From the NCBI RefSeq assembly GCF_001194135.2, contig NC_068986.1:45900943-45964942 (forward strand): DNA of 64,000 nucleotides. The letters are read 5' to 3'. The position numbers were made by a program, and so were the translations under genes. The notes under the pieces are model-generated. The model did not search any database. It saw only the letters and a program-made list of their open reading frames with translations, and was not told where the DNA came from. This stretch comes from Octopus bimaculoides (lineage: Eukaryota). Shown in pieces: positions 1 through 12,342 of the stretch (position 1 is its first letter; each line of letters begins with the position of its first letter).

Positions 1-55
<55 letters not shown>

Positions 56-145
56 ACACAAGGATTATTCTTGTATTAATCATGTGCAAAGAAGAGTTCT
101 GCATGTGTATCTAGCCTTCGAATATACTCTGCATATGGTATAGAG

Positions 146-395
146 CAGTGCTACTCAAAGTGGTGGTCCACGAACCAGTGCCAGTTCGCGAGCCATTAGC
201 TGCCGGTACGCAGCGAGTTTCCAGAAAATAAAGAAACATAAAATGCTTACGTAATATTGTATTATTTGTTTACAAAATAAGTATAAGATATAAAAAAAAT
301 TGTCAACTTTTCTGGTATAAATTAATATTACTGATCCCTGGCACATTGGGAAAAAAACTGCTGGTATGCCACGTCAGATAGCTTGAGAAGCACTG
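146..395. mobile_element. hAT/Charlie-type MITE
   Basis: 13-bp TIRs CAGTGCTACTCAA / TTGAGAAGCACTG (1 mismatch); 8-bp TSD GTATAGAG / GTATAAAG. Confidence 0.8.
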
Positions 396-838
396 GTATA
401 AAGCATGTGGTAGCCAAATAACGACATAAGAGCTCTTAAATGCTTGTTATAATATAAATAATATATAATATATGCATATATATACATACATATATGTACA
501 TACTTACATATATATGTATATATACATGCATATATGGGTACAGGACATAAAAAAAAAAACATTAAAGACAATTAGAAATGAAAACATAGAAAAGGAACTT
601 TTTTCGAACAGCGAAAAAAACAAACAGAGAAACGATACATGCAATATAAAGAGTATACCCCCTTCTTCAGTTGTCCCTGTTTCATCTACTCCATATTTCG
701 AAGGTAAGGACAATACGTGACTTTGTTTAAACAGTCTTTTCCGCAAAGCAAATTGAATAAAATTTAAGATTTTTGGCAGAGGGTGAAAGTGTTAACAAGA
801 ACAGAAGAGTGAGAACAAGACAGTAAAAACAATTGATG

Positions 839-840
<2 letters not shown>

Positions 841-872
<32 letters not shown>

Positions 873-887
873 GTAGCTATCTCTCTC

Positions 888-940
<53 letters not shown>

Positions 941-949
941 ATTTCTATA
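841..949. repeat. Compound (CA)n/(TATC)n microsatellite running into an assembly gap
   Basis: Direct reading. Confidence 0.95.
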
Positions 950-1236
950 NNNNNNNNNNNNNNNNNNNNNNNNNNNNNNNNNNNNNNNNNNNNNNNNNNN
1001 NNNNNNNNNNNNNNNNNNNNNNNNNNNNNNNNNNNNNNNNNNNNNNNNNNNNNNNNNNNNNNNNNNNNNNNNNNNNNNNNNNNNNNNNNNNNNNNNNNNN
1101 NNNNNNNNNNNNNNNNNNNNNNNNNNNNNNNNNNNNNNNNNNNNNNNNNNNNNNNNNNNNNNNNNNNNNNNNNNNNNNNNNNNNNNNNNNNNNNNNNNNN
1201 NNNNNNNNNNNNNNNNNNNNNNNNNNNNNNNNNNNN

Positions 1237-1316
<80 letters not shown>

Positions 1317-1943
1317 GATGGGGTTCCTTTAGATTCTGTCAATCAAATCCATACACATGATTTTAATTGGCAACCTGGGGATACACCAAGAGATACTTTG
1401 ACCAGTAGACGCAGTGGGGCAGAAACCGAAGTCATGTGGTTGGGATGTAAGTTACTGACTGAATCACATAGCCATGTCTGAGCCTCTACTTATATGTTAT
1501 TTGCATTTCTGTGTGTGTATGTATGTGTTGGTCTACAGTATCTTTTCTCTACAGTGATTTTCTGTAATTTGAAAACTGAAATTAAATAATTTTCGTATAT
1601 AACAGAGGAATGAATTAAAGACAGAGGAATCGTACTGTTGAGCAATTTACCAAATCATCCCTTCATTATTATTTAAAATCAGATCTTAGAAACATGTATT
1701 GTTAGTCAGTTTAAAAACAAATGAAACTAGTATAATTCATGTTCATGAATGTCCTTAAATACATTATGTTGCTTATAATTTAAAATATAGCTTACAAAAG
1801 TTTCATGTGGTAATAGAATTAACAAATGATCATTTTAGAATAGAATAGAATTTAAAGCTAAAACAATCACGATGGGGTAAATTGCATAAATGTCATCAGT
1901 AAATTAAAAATGAATGTACATACATACATAATTACATACATAT

Positions 1944-2002
<59 letters not shown>

Positions 2003-2799
2003 TAAAAAAAAATATATAAAAAAAAAGGGTTTAGCATGATCGTGTATAGAGGAATATATTATTTAAAAGAGTTCCAACTCTGTCTGATTTTTATGTTTTA
2101 TTTATATTCTTATAAAATTAATGTGGGATATAGAATATGTAATATATAATATAAATAGTAAAATGAAATGAAGTATTGAATGTCTTATTGAATATATGAA
2201 ATATTGAGTATTAAATATATAAGGACTATTATACTTTCCTGCCTCATGACAGTCATCAAGGTCCCGTCTGACAGATGTAGTGTGTGTGTGTGTATATATA
2301 TATATATACATACACACACACACATGCATGCATGCATACATACATACATACATACATTAATACAGAACTTACAGCTCTTGTACTCTGACTATGAATGCTT
2401 ATTTGTACCTTTCATTGTAGGTGCATTAGGTTATATAACAATAAGTTTGCACAAAACTTTAAAATACTCAGTTTCAATGGAGAAAGATCAAAAGAAACTA
2501 ATGTGGATTCTCCAAATCTAATCTATTAGTAAAAATTTGTAAGACATTCCAAAAATTCTCCATCTGAGATTCTTATGTGAGTAGATGCACATACTTGGGT
2601 GTATGCATGGACAGTTCAACCAATGCACCAACTCAACCACATATTTATAAACACCAGGAACTGTCTTAACTCAAAAAGACTGGCTTGACCTTTCTCAAAG
2701 AAATGCATGTATGTAAGCTCTATGTATGTAATAGATGTGTTCATCAGTTGTCAATAAGATAGAAACAAATGCAGAAGCTAGAGGAAATGAATGACTTAC

Positions 2800-3015
2800 A
2801 GTGAAGTGAAGTTTTGAATGTGTCCAAGGTAAAGAGGTGACTCCAGGTTAAGAGAAGTCAGATCACCAGGGCTACTACTTTCTGCAGTATTACTTTGACC
2901 ATCAACTTGCAAGAAACCATCTTGGCCAATGCGCCGAGCAATAACATGGTGATATTTATTTAGTCGAATTGGTTTAGCACTGCGAATAATAGCCAGACCA
3001 TTGCCTAAATCATAC
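2800..3015 (-). CDS. AGRN: Agrin exon: laminin G domain 1, middle part
   Basis: ttatttacag acceptor, gtaagt donor; 216 nt, phase 2->2; YDLGNGLAIIRS...GFLQVDG...LNLESPLYLG (ORF 2796..3062). Confidence 0.95.
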
Positions 3016-3300
3016 CTGTAAATAATGAGTTTAATTAGAGTATAATTGAAGAAAGTCATCAAAAGTAATTAAAAGTTGAGAATAATGTTTATTATTAAGA
3101 AAAAAGGAAAACAAATAAATTACAACCACAACTTGCATATAAGTGTGCCTTGATTGTGTATGATGCTTTTGCTAATTAGCTTTTAGCTGATTATGTAAAT
3201 ATTGACATGATCTCAGTTGTCCCAATATTTGACCTAGTGAAACATTCAGGATGTGACTGCTGGAAAGACAGAAAGCAGTGTCCAACAGTCAAACCTTTTC

Positions 3301-3524
3301 ATAACCCTTGAACATTTAAAATGGCCATATCAAGGCCAAATATTCTACCTATTTTATGTTCAAACTGAGCAAATCCAGTCTCTCTCACCTACCCTACAAT
3401 ATCATTCTAAAAATATACAGTCACATTGTTGAAATATCAAAGCTACAAGATCATACATGATTAATTCAAAACAATGTGAATAAGCTTTCCAGTTGACAGA
3501 GTAATCTAAAAGGTAGAGGGTTAA
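3301..3524. mobile_element. piggyBac-like (TTAA) MITE
   Basis: ATAA-CCCT...AGGG-TTAA ends; homologous copy at 34491-34713. Confidence 0.65.
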
Positions 3525-3659
3525 ATCATAGTTGCTAACTCCTAAAGAAGGAGCTCAGTTAAAAAATAAAATCAAATGTAATAAAATAGATTGTACTGAA
3601 TACTAACTTAAAAACCCCTGAGTAAAACAGAAAACTATAGCCACCATTTGTAAATGACT

Positions 3660-4424
3660 ATGACTTGGTAGTATGTACAATGTTATTGGTTTTATTTTAT
3701 ATGCTTTTGTTACTGCATGCTGACACAGGCACTGTCTTGATCTTCCTATCCTGATCAAGTACATATTGACACACTGAATCCCTCATCAGTTATTGACCAA
3801 AAATCATCGCAATTTCAACACCTTAACCCCGCTCAGACCTGGGATCCTGTGTCTAACCTTACCCTTCACTTAGGCTCCTGAGAAAAAGACATAAATAGTT
3901 GTATATACAGCTCAAGAGTACTAATTACAGGCAAACCGACAAAATCACTAATGAAATCAGGAGAATAACAATAATAGGCCTATCTCACAACTACTACATT
4001 TGTTCACCTGAATCACTACTTTCTTCATCACTCTCATCAGTCTGATTGTTCAAATCACTTTCATTCTTTGCATAGAGGAGAACTCTTCATCCAAAGAATA
4101 AATATCATCAATAATTTCCTCAACTGCAAGGAATTTTGACCTTGCTCATTTACAAGGTGAAGTGCCAGTTTCATCACACTCATTTCATCACAAAGTCTGT
4201 TATTTTTTCGATTAATAACAATCATGAACAACATCTATGAGTGACACCATTAACAATGAGTCATAAACACACTTGACTACAAAGCTGCAATGTGATCAGT
4301 TGTCTAATGTTAGTATTTTATCTTCTCTTTCTACATGTTGTTCATCACTGCTTTAGCAGGCACCCAGTTAAGATGTCATTTAAGCTATTCCTGCAATAAA
4401 GGGAACACAAGACGACAGGGTTAA
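3660..4424 (-). mobile_element. Internally deleted piggyBac-like relic
   Basis: TTAACCCT end at 4424-4417 (minus strand); acidic N-terminal-like peptide (KFLAVEEIIDDIYSLDEE..NESDLNNQTDESDEESSDS) followed by a decayed Cys-rich C-terminal-like piece; left end not located. Confidence 0.45.
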
Positions 4425-4994
4425 CAACATGGGATGTGATATAGAAATTTGGTTGTTATTTTCAACAGGTTAAGTGATATGTAGAAGCTCCCCTTCGTTG
4501 GCTTATATAGAAAAAATTCAAGAAGGAAACAACATTCAGGTTTAAAGAAGAGTATTGAAGAGCTTAGGTTTGTTTCCCTAGTGGGAACACCCACTCAAGA
4601 GTTATGAGCAGTTCTCTAATTAAAGCAAACTTATGCTTTATAAAAATCTGCACCAGAACAAATCTTTTTGGTAACAAAAGAATTTCTATAGATACATTTT
4701 AGTACTCTATTACTAAAATCAAAGAAATATTTCCTTTAATCTTTATTATTATGCTGATCAAAATTTGAATGACAACATCCATAATAAAACTTCTTCCATT
4801 CAGATTTTGAAGGGCTGGCAAAATCGTTAGCACACTGGCAAAAATGCTTAGTGGCATTTCTTCCAGCTTATATACTGATTTCAAATTTCACTGAGGTTGA
4901 CTTTGCTTTCCATCCTTTCAGGTTTAATAAAATTAGTACTAATTCAGCCAAAATTCGAAACCACTATTACTATTATTATGACAGAGTGAAGAAA

Positions 4995-5310
4995 TATGGT
5001 TCAGTTGTCAGAGTGTCAGACTCACAGTCATGAGTTAGTGAGTTTGATTCTGGGACCAAACTATGTGTTGTGTTCTTGAGTAAGGTACTTTATTTCATGT
5101 TGTTCCAGTTCACTCAACTGTAAAAATGAGTTGCAACATCATTGATTCCAAGCTGTAGGGGTTTTGCCTTTTTCTTGGGTAACATCAGTGGCATGGAGAG
5201 GGGAGGCTGGTATGCATGAGCACCTGCTGGTCTTCCATAAACAACCTTGCTTGGACTTGTGCCTTGGTGGGGAACTTTCTAGATGCAATCCCATGGTCAT
5301 TCGTGGGTAG
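4995..5310 (+). mobile_element. tRNA-derived SINE with core domain (decayed)
   Basis: Decayed A/B-box head followed by gtgttgtgttcttgagtaaggtacttt...ccagttcactcaactg; related head on the minus strand at ~14870-15005. Confidence 0.5.
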
Positions 5311-5645
5311 ATAAGCAAGATTGTTAGTGTTGGAAAAAATGCCTTGTAGTGTTTGTACCAACTTTTGCATTCTGGATTCAAATCCCAATGAAGTTATTTT
5401 AGCCTTTTATCCTTTTGAGACTGATAAAATAATGTCAAATACTGGGTCAATAAAATTGACTATGCCCTCTCTTTGAAATTGCTAAAGGGTTAAATAACAG
5501 CTCAGCCCAATGTACACATAAAAAGATAACACCAAAGTGTTTTGTTTTTTCTAAAATCTTTACACTAACAAACATTTTAATTACAATAATATTTCATCAA
5601 GTTAATAATAAAGATTATCAACAGAAAATCTGCTATGATATTTAC

Positions 5646-5847
5646 CGAAGTTCAACAAAGCCTTGGTTTAGTGTCAGAGATACGAAATCTCCACTACCAT
5701 CTTCCTCTTTACTATTGAAAAGAATAATTCCATCTTTATTCAAACTTTTAAATTCTACTTCAATTCTCATCTCAGTTGTAGCATTCTTAATCTGTGGCAT
5801 TCTCAGATAGGAAGTTCCAGAGAATGACGGGACTGTGAAAGATACAA
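5646..5847 (-). CDS. AGRN: Agrin exon: laminin G domain 1, N-part
   Basis: ttccttttag acceptor, gtaaat donor; 202 nt, phase 1->2; VPSFSGTSYL...EFKSLNKDGIILFN...GDFVSLTLNQGFVELR (ORF 5642..5869). Confidence 0.95.
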
Positions 5848-6679
5848 CTAAAAGGAAAAAAATATACATAATGTTGATTTTAATTTCAGAGAGTAACTGT
5901 TTAAATGAAATTTAGATGAACAGGGATACTAATTTTAATATTATCACTGTATCATAAACATAGCAAGATATAATTTCTCCTTCCTATAAAATAAAAGATC
6001 TTTTATGCCTAGAAAAGAAAAAAAATAAATCTATAGTAAAACATTGAAATTAATTATTAGCACAAAAGTATTGGTAACTATTGGTAACATTTTAAAGATT
6101 TGTATATTTTAATTGCAACTCCTATTGTATTTTTTCGTTTTTCTTTTTCTTTTTTTTTGAGATTTATGGATTGACTAAAAAGAGAAAGAGTAATTCATGT
6201 ATAAATTATGAAATTTTCTTAATTCAAACTATTTCAAACTAGTCCATATGTTATTTTTCAAGGAGAAACACTTTGAAAGAAACTGAATACTCCTTTCAAA
6301 ATACTGAGAGTAGAACAATCATCAGGCTATTAATGAGAAAACTACTCCAACATAATCCATAAAGGAAAGTGTAAAACTGATTGGAAAACTCACCCATGAA
6401 TTAGTTTGAAAAGAGTCATGAAATACAGAATAGAAAAATTTGATGAATATTTGATAAGAATCTCAGATGTTTGCCCACACACACCCTTGAGAATTATCAA
6501 AAAATCTGCGCTTTCAGGTTTTCAAATGTTATCAAAAGTATTATAATTACATCTAGTCACACTCTATGCAAATCACTGTCATTAAATGTGATTACAAGCA
6601 ATTTTGGTTTTCACAGAGTGCCTTGAGTCTCTCTAGTTTAAGCCACTACTTCACTGCAGTGAGAGGTCACAGTTTCTGT

Positions 6680-6830
6680 AAGATAAACATGTGGTTAGAG
6701 TGCCAGAGGAGAGGATTTCAAAGCATATTCCTCAAGCTACACCAGTTTGGTCTCCAACAAGCAGGAAACCTAAGGTGAGACAGCCGGATCCTATACATAG
6801 TCTCAGTTGGTCACACTTGAGAAAGTTTAA
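6680..6830 (+). mobile_element. RTE-like LINE C-terminal fragment
   Basis: VVRVPEERISKHI...RKPKVRQP resembles the RTE C-terminal GHV.R....R..K....RPRGRP motif. Confidence 0.35.
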
Positions 6831-7060
6831 TGATGATTGCTTCAACCCTGTGGGGGAAGTACCTGAAGACTCTACTCCCAGAATAGTGGGCAGTGAAAAT
6901 GGATGGAAATAGATGGATGGACATATGTATATAAATTAAACCATGTTCTTGCAAGGTTTACTTTAAATGTCTGAAGTAATGGATTTACATAGAGATACAA
7001 TATGTCAAGTAGTTAAGCTAATATGCTTAGCTCTTGTATATTAAAAGCAAGAAAACTTAC

Positions 7061-7210
7061 CGTCTTTGCAAATTGATCCACCTGTTCCTAAAGGACATAG
7101 ACATCGGTATCCGAGTGTCTTGTCCATAAGGCATGTTCCTCCATTTTGACAGGGATTCAGTGTACAGGTTGTATTAGATGTTGGTGATGGTGGAGGAACA
7201 GATACAACCT
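7061..7210 (-). CDS. AGRN: Agrin exon: Pro/Thr linker plus EGF-like domain 1 (..CTLNPCQNGGTCLMDKTLGYRCLCPLGTGGSICKD)
   Basis: ctgttttattgcag acceptor, gtaagt donor; 150 nt, phase 1->1. Confidence 0.93.
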
Positions 7211-8801
7211 CTGCAATAAAACAGTATTACAAATGTAACATCACTAACAAAGAGAATATATACATATAGACTCGACTTTCATGCATAATAAACACTCTAA
7301 CAAAGAGATTATTTGTCTAAGCTGTTTTAATGTGTTCAACTGATTCTCTGAAAGCTATAATTCTGAACAGAGTAGTTTGGTGAATATCTGTATTTAAGTA
7401 TATTTTATAGTATATAAAAAGTAATATAAAATAAGGCATTTTGCATTAATAATTCTTCAATTGACAACAGCAAATAAAAATATAACCAGATTTGGAAATC
7501 AGACAGTTTAGAGATCAGTTATTAAGCTATTAAGCAAAATTATTCCAATATAGTTGATAAATAATGATCAGAAATCAATAAGAAAACTGCTGCAGCAAAG
7601 GTAATAAAAAACAAAAATGAAAAGTAAGGGGAAATTGAGTGGAATTACTGACAAATAGCAAAACATAAGGATATGAATGAAAAATATCTTCCAAGTCAAT
7701 TTTTAATTTCCTGACTTCATTTCCTTATTATTATCCTTGATGTTATTTTATATGAAATGTGCCAGTAATGATTGAAACAAATAAAAGGAAACCTGGAAAG
7801 CTTGATGGGTATTTACTTTCAAGTCTCTTGTCACTGAGAGAAAATTTTGTCAGGACTAATTATTTTTATTTTTATTGATAAGCTCTTTTCAATTGAAGAT
7901 ATACCTTCAAAGATTTAAAAAAACAAAAAAAAACTATTTTCTACAATATGAATTTTGTAGAGTTATTATCGTAGTGTTGCATATGTTTTGCATCACAATG
8001 TCATGTGACCCAAACTTTTTTAAATGGTTGCCATTTCTGTGTCAAAGAAATTTTTCTTTATGATATGTTTTGCTTGGTTATTCAGTTGATTATTTAAGGT
8101 CAGCAGAAGTAAGGGATCACATATGTGACAGCTGCTTTACTTCAATAAATTCTTTGCTGTGAGACCATATTTATATACTTGAATAATGCTTTGTGTGCAG
8201 GATTATGAATACAATCTATTTGGTTGTAATAATTTCTTCTTCCAACCACCATAACAAATTTTATTACTAATTTGTTGTTACATGATACTGAATTTATATT
8301 CAGTTTATATTGATATATTTTTTAAACCTCTAGTTTCAAAATGAAAATTAGTTTTCTTGTTCAAGGTAAAAAGCTAACTCAGTTGATTAATGTTTCTAAG
8401 ATAATCTATATATATAAAGATAAGAATGTGTGTCTGTCTGTGTGTGTGTCTGTGTGAATCCCTAAAACTCGAGAACTACCCAACCAATTTCATTAAAATT
8501 TTACACATGCCTTACTTACAGTTCGTACAACGTCATGGACCAAAAACATTTTCAACTTCTTGCCTAATGCGAGCCCACAGCAATCTCTTTCTTATACTAT
8601 TTCAGTATTACGTGTCAAAAGTGAAACAATAATATCTCTCTATTGCAATGTGAGATACTTTCAGTTTAATACTTTCACTATTATAGTGAAACTATTACCT
8701 CACATATATACATGCATACACACATATTCGTCATAAACACTCTACCACTGCTACTAACATCTGTTGGGAACCCTTTCAGACCTGCCTTACATTCAAACCA
8801 G

Positions 8802-9209
8802 AATCTCAAAAACATTATCCCCTTATATCTCATTCTCATTTCATTACCACGATAGGCAAATAAAACTTACTTCTCACGTGGAGACAATGGAAGATGGTAA
8901 CAGACATTAACCAGATGCTACCTTGTCAAGTGAAATATATTGTCATCCACTTCAGCTCTAACCTTCCTAGCCTATGGAGAGTTCAAACGACCTCCACACA
9001 ACTATAGCACCACTGAACCGTAATCTCAAAAACATTGTCCCCTTGCATCTCATTCTCATTTCATTCTAAACACATGGAAATAAAACTTACTTCTCACTAC
9101 AGGACAATGGAAGATGGTAACAGATATTAACCACATGCTACCTTGTCAAGTGAAATATATTGTCATCCACTTCACCTCCAACCTTCCTAGCACCACTATA
9201 GCACCACTG
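8802..9209. repeat. Tandem duplication with ~220-bp period
   Basis: Copies start aatctcaaaaacatt at 8802 and 9022 and share ...gctaccttgtcaagtgaaatatattgtcatccacttca...ccttcctagc. Confidence 0.9.
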
Positions 9210-9754
9210 ATATCTTCATCCTTCTAGCTGTCTGCTTTCTTACAAATACGACAGAATTCATTTCCAGGCAGATAACATTCAGAACGCAATTCACAATCAC
9301 TGTCTCCTTTCCTCTTACTATTTCTCTCATCTTGTCTTTCACAGCATTGCTCTATCAAAACAATACTGATCAACTAAAGCACATTCATTCATTTTGCTGA
9401 ATTTGGTACGTAAACTTTCTCGTTTGTAAATTGCATCAATCTGAAAGATTTCACTATTTCTAGCATGCGCTGCTACCACATAACGGCTTCTCGCAAATAC
9501 CTGTTCAGTGGTTGCAAGATGTGCTACAAATACCAACCAAATCAATTAATATTTACAAGTACACCTGCATATCAACTCCCAACACTTTTCTTTCCTTTCT
9601 AGCGGATTCCTATGTTTTCCATCACGGACATTCCAATTATGCAAAAATAATGTCTTTCATTTTCAATTCCCTGTCCCTACTCCTAATTTTTACATTTTCA
9701 CTTCTTTCAAAATAATTCCTTACTTCTTCCCTAATGCAGGCACCAAGCAATCTT

Positions 9755-9827
9755 TTACATTGCTTCAGTCAATTTCTTACATTGCTTCAGTCAATTTCTT
9801 ACATTGCTTCAGTCAATTTCTTACATT
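9755..9827. repeat. 22-bp minisatellite (TTACATTGCTTCAGTCAATTTC)x3.3
   Basis: Exact units at 9755, 9777 and 9799 plus a partial unit. Confidence 0.95.
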
Positions 9828-10279
9828 TTCATTTCTTTCATTAAGAATAAGGGAACAGGATACTTGATACCAACCGAAAACAGTCCCAGTTTTACCTGTT
9901 CTCCTTACTGAAATGCGTACTGGTGCATGCATTAAAATCTACCAATAGTTTTGGCTTCTTCAATAATGCAGGCCTGCAGACCAACTAACTTACCTACAAT
10001 CATTCCTATATTCATTTCACTAAGGAAATATGTAAGATTTCACTGCTATTTCTAGCATGCACTGCTACCACGTAATGGCTTTTCGCAAATACCTGTTCAA
10101 TGGTAGCACGATGATTTATGACCTGAAACAACTGCTGTAATCACCTCCACCAGTCTTGAGAGCTGTTTAATCAATTTGCAGTCGATATGTGCGTGAAAAT
10201 GGAATCAGAGAGACTGTGTTTCATCAGGTCACATAAAAAAAAATTGAGCTCTGACAGCTACATCCATCCCTGAGATGCC

Positions 10280-11682
10280 ATCAACAATGATGGCATCTGG
10301 TGCATCTTTGGCTTTCCACTTCACCAATGACACCCTGCCATTCAACAGCTTGCAGTGCACCTGGAAAACAGTCAAAAAGTGTACTTAACCAATGCTAATG
10401 CTTCTCTGTTGGCAGAGGAACCAAGGGATAGCACACTCACTGCATTCTTCAAGCTTTGTCAAGTGGATCCATTCACTCAAACCATGCTGGATCCACAGCT
10501 TCCATCGTACTATACTTGGAATGGAAAAAAAATGGGCCCCAGAGAAAGCAGGTCAAAATGTTCATGGATACCCTGGCATTAAGTTTGACACTTGCCTTGG
10601 GTGAATATACACAGTGCATCTCACTCAACAAGAGTGCTTCTACTTCGGTCTACTACTGTAGGAGGTCAGAGGGCCAACGTGTTTCCAGGCCCTAAAAACC
10701 GCTCATGGACATGTCTGCACAACATACAGAGGAGCCTGCTATTGACAAGGTCTGTTAGAAGATGGTGCACAATGGAATGCAACTTTGGGAGAGGCTGCAT
10801 TATCAGAAAAGTCTCAGGGCACTATTTGAAGTATTACTACAGACATGCAAACTATGTGATCATGCCACTCTATGGCTCAAGTACAGGGACAACCTGGCTG
10901 AAGACTTTAAGTGACAAGCTCAACTGCTCTATTCTGACATGGAGGGTATCAGCAATGAAGTCTATAACAAAACTCTCATTGACATTGAAGACAGAATTGC
11001 CACACTGGGTGGAAATTAATTGTCCACATATGGCCTGCCACAAACATTCAGGTCAAGGTCAAATAACCTTCCCACTGCTGTCATTCATGAAACATCCTAC
11101 GACACTCAAGCGCTTTCAAAGTACATTGTTGAAAACGAGCCTAAATTACTTCCGGACCAGCTGCAGGCCTACAGAACTATTCTTAACTGCTCCTGGAGGG
11201 ACAGGAAAAAAATTAATTACAAAGCTTCTCCTTGCAGAAGTTAGGCAGCATCAGGACATTGCAGTAGCTGTGGCTTCCTCTGCGGATGCAGCTACTTTTT
11301 ACCTGGTGGCAGGACAGCGCGCTCAACTTTCAAACTCCCTCTCAATTTAGCAGCATCCAAGACGCCTTCATGCAACATCAACAAAAGCTCAGATATGGGG
11401 CAGGTACTTAAAAGGTGTCATCTAATTGTCTGGGATGAGTGCACCATGGCTCACAAGGATGCTTTGGAAGCACTAGATAGAGCCCTGAAAGACATCCAAG
11501 ACTGTCAGGCTCCAATGGGGGGTGTAACGCTTCTGTTGTCAGGTGATTACAGGCAAACTCTTCCTGTCATTCCGAAAGGCACTAGAACAGATGAGGTCCA
11601 AGCATGCCTAAAGTCCTCTACCCTGTGGCATCATGTTATGATCCTCAGTCTTAACACTAACATGAAAGCTCAGTTACATTAG
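10280..11682 (+). pseudogene. Helitron RepHel C-terminal/PIF1-family helicase, frameshifted
   Basis: Motifs IFGFP..LAVHLEN, TLTAFFKLCQ, APGGTGK (Walker A), AVAVASS, LIVWDECTM (Walker B), LLSGDYRQTLPVIP, LNTNMK spread over ORFs 10355..10582, 10592..11350 and 11395..11682. Confidence 0.9.
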
Positions 11683-12219
11683 TGGACTAAAGCCCTTCAC
11701 ATATTTTCCCTCAATCTTAATCTATACCTCTCATTATACTATGCTAATATCAAGCTATTAATAATTCTTGTTTACACTCACTCTCTTCAGCACAAAGATT
11801 TTATTTGGAATCACTGATTGGCACATGTTAACAGTTGAATCAAGGAAGGTGCACCTGTGTGGTCACTCAAACTGTTAGAAATAGCTAAATTTCATTTAGA
11901 CTACACACTCTACCATCTTTTAAAATTTCTAGAACTTGGAAGTTCTAGAAATATAATATAGATGGCATAGTCAGGGCAGGAAGACTTGACAGAGCTGTAA
12001 ATAGCAATTAGAGTATGTTAAGAGTTGAACCAAGAAAGGAGTCTCAGTACAGTTGCTCAACCTACTCAAAAAAGCAATCAAATCTCCCTCACTGGACATC
12101 TTACCATCAGACAATGTAGTTCTAAGTATAAAAAAAAAAGATAATTGGATGGTCATGGCTGGAATGCCTTTGATTTATAATAAACAGATGTCAGATTGGA
12201 TATCAAATGAAAATGGTAC

Positions 12220-12342
12220 CAAGACAATTCTTTTTGTCCATAGTTTGAATGAAGCCGGTTTTGCAGACACAGATGCCTAGTACGCATCGACTATTTGGTA
12301 CATCACAATCACTTTCACTGGGACACAAGTCATCGATTCTGC
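12220..12342 (-). CDS. AGRN: Agrin exon: EB-like cysteine module (RIDDLCPSESDCDVPNSRCVLGICVCKTGFIQTMDKKNCL)
   Basis: ttatctttgcag acceptor, weaker gtacca donor (stop follows if unspliced); 123 nt, phase 1->1; six Cys with C....C...S.C..G.C.C..GF......C spacing; not in ORF track. Confidence 0.8.

Larger units (their letters stand above)
8405..11682 (+). mobile_element. Composite, decayed Helitron (5' end plus helicase remnant)
   Basis: A|TCTATATATATAAAG 5' end followed by a (GT/GTCT)n tract; 3' part carries Helitron helicase coding remnants; 3' hairpin/CTRR end not found; joining the two parts into one element is inference. Confidence 0.55.

Noticed and set aside
504-746. Minus-strand ORF as the next LamG1 exon
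   Set aside because: No LamG-like sequence (expected GF.GCI motif) and poor acceptor
833-1481. Long ORFs over microsatellites and N gaps (also 41663-42425, 52034-52454, 60333-61356, 61508-61693)
   Set aside because: Artefacts of (TA)n/(CA)n repeats and Ns (YIYI, THTH, X runs); no coding signal
7817-7833. Second 17-nt microexon candidate
   Set aside because: Frameshifting alone or combined with the other (34 nt); modest donor
9755-9827. CRISPR-like array
   Set aside because: Head-to-tail 22-bp units with no spacers, in a eukaryotic intron
10280-11682. Functional cellular PIF1 helicase gene
   Set aside because: Intronless, multiple frameshifts, Helitron-specific upstream motifs, truncated
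12105-12121. 17-nt agrin microexon candidate (good acceptor, GTAAGA donor)
   Set aside because: Shifts frame between phase-1 neighbours and lies in a decayed repeat; needs junction reads
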